In this document: in pieces, positions 33,844-34,342 of the stretch
Position numbering within the stretch: the stretch's first letter is position 1
How the letters are laid out: every line of letters starts with the position of its first letter
From: a virus
Lineage: Duplodnaviria > Caudoviricetes
Reading direction: 5' to 3' (one strand)
Virus record (IMG/VR): IMGVR_UViG_3300020045_003928
Span: 1 to 34,342 of that record
Length of the DNA stretch: 34,342 nucleotides
Notes under the pieces: model-generated
Seen by the model: the letters and a program-made list of their open reading frames with translations, nothing else
Database searches by the model: none
What the model was told of the DNA's origin: nothing
Made by a program: the position numbers and the translations under genes

Positions 33844-34342
33844 TTCCCCGCCTCCCTCTTCGCCGCGTCCACGATCTTATCAACCAGGGGATTTGTCAGC
33901 TGCGGAATGTCCAACCAGGAATCAGCCGCTTCAGCCCTTCCCGATTTATAACTGAAGGCTTCCCAAAAGAGGTTGAAACTTTCGAGCCGCTTCCCCGACA
34001 ACTTCCGTTTTCTCCTGGTGACAATAAAGCCGCCTTCGACTTCAGCTTCATCGCCAGATGAAGGAAGGGTTTTTAAAGGTTCTTCTTTTCTTTCCCTTTC
34101 CCTTCCTGTACTTCCGGCGTCATTAATACCGCTAGCCGTGTCTTTTATGTCGTTTTGCGGGGTTTCTTCCGCCGGAAACTCGAAAGGCGCCAGGTTGCAG
34201 GAAATAAAAACCGCGGACCTTGTCGGTAAAGTGTTAAGCCTTTTCCTGAAAGCGTCGACCACTCCGTCAACAAATTTCTGACACCAAATGACCTTGTGTG
34301 ACCAGAGAGCTTTATCTATCTTCCCAAGGTCCGCGACCGTGT
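33840..34342 (-). CDS. Partial phage replication-initiator-like protein from a GC-richer genome (5' truncated)
   Basis: Frame open to the window edge (TVADLGKIDKALWSHKVIWCQKFVD...FNLFWEAFSYK); GC near 50% by eye. Confidence 0.5.
   Translation of the reverse strand, partial: TVADLGKIDKALWSHKVIWCQKFVDGVVDAFRKRLNTLPTRSAVFISCNLAPFEFPAEETPQNDIKDTASGINDAGSTGRERERKEEPLKTLPSSGDEAEVEGGFIVTRRKRKLSGKRLESFNLFWEAFSYKSGRAEAADSWLDIPQLTNPLVDKIVDAAKREAGK

Noticed and set aside
33820-33845. Prophage attachment site
   Set aside because: No integrase or flanking att repeat; the junction falls mid-gene and the flanking DNA itself looks phage-derived.
1-34342. Genome-wide stop-codon reassignment
   Set aside because: Conserved genes are intact under the standard code, and TGA, TAG and TAA all terminate genes normally; the tail-tube case is local.
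1-34342. tRNA, rRNA or CRISPR array
   Set aside because: No cloverleaf, rRNA-like stretch or regularly spaced repeat array seen by eye; a tRNAscan/CRISPR search was not run.

Overview
AT-rich (roughly 30% GC by eye) tailed-phage sequence with a siphovirus-type, HK97-fold head. The host is almost certainly Bacteroidota (Flavobacterium-like), judging from TAnnTTTG promoters, AT-rich starts without Shine-Dalgarno motifs and a DUF3127 SSB. Bases 1-186 recur exactly at 32184-32369, so 1-32183 is probably one complete circular or permuted genome of about 32.2 kb. Its modules are replication (initiator, HNH, AAA helicase-like, RusA), packaging/head, tail, lysis and a large block of small early genes; no integrase was recognised. 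32184-33820 is a divergent allelic copy of the left end, with an extra DNA methyltransferase and a different phosphoesterase. The last ~500 bp is a GC-richer foreign fragment, probably a chimeric join. Most notable signals: (1) an integron-like array of two single-ORF cassettes bounded by non-canonical attC-like hairpins (8271-9200) with no integrase; (2) an in-frame TGA read-through that would add an FxxxFxxxF peptide to the tail tube, next to an extra structural gene; (3) a two-hairpin kissing-loop leader/terminator ahead of the replication operon; (4) four promoters placed exactly 4 nt before the ATGs of structural genes, implying leaderless mRNAs.
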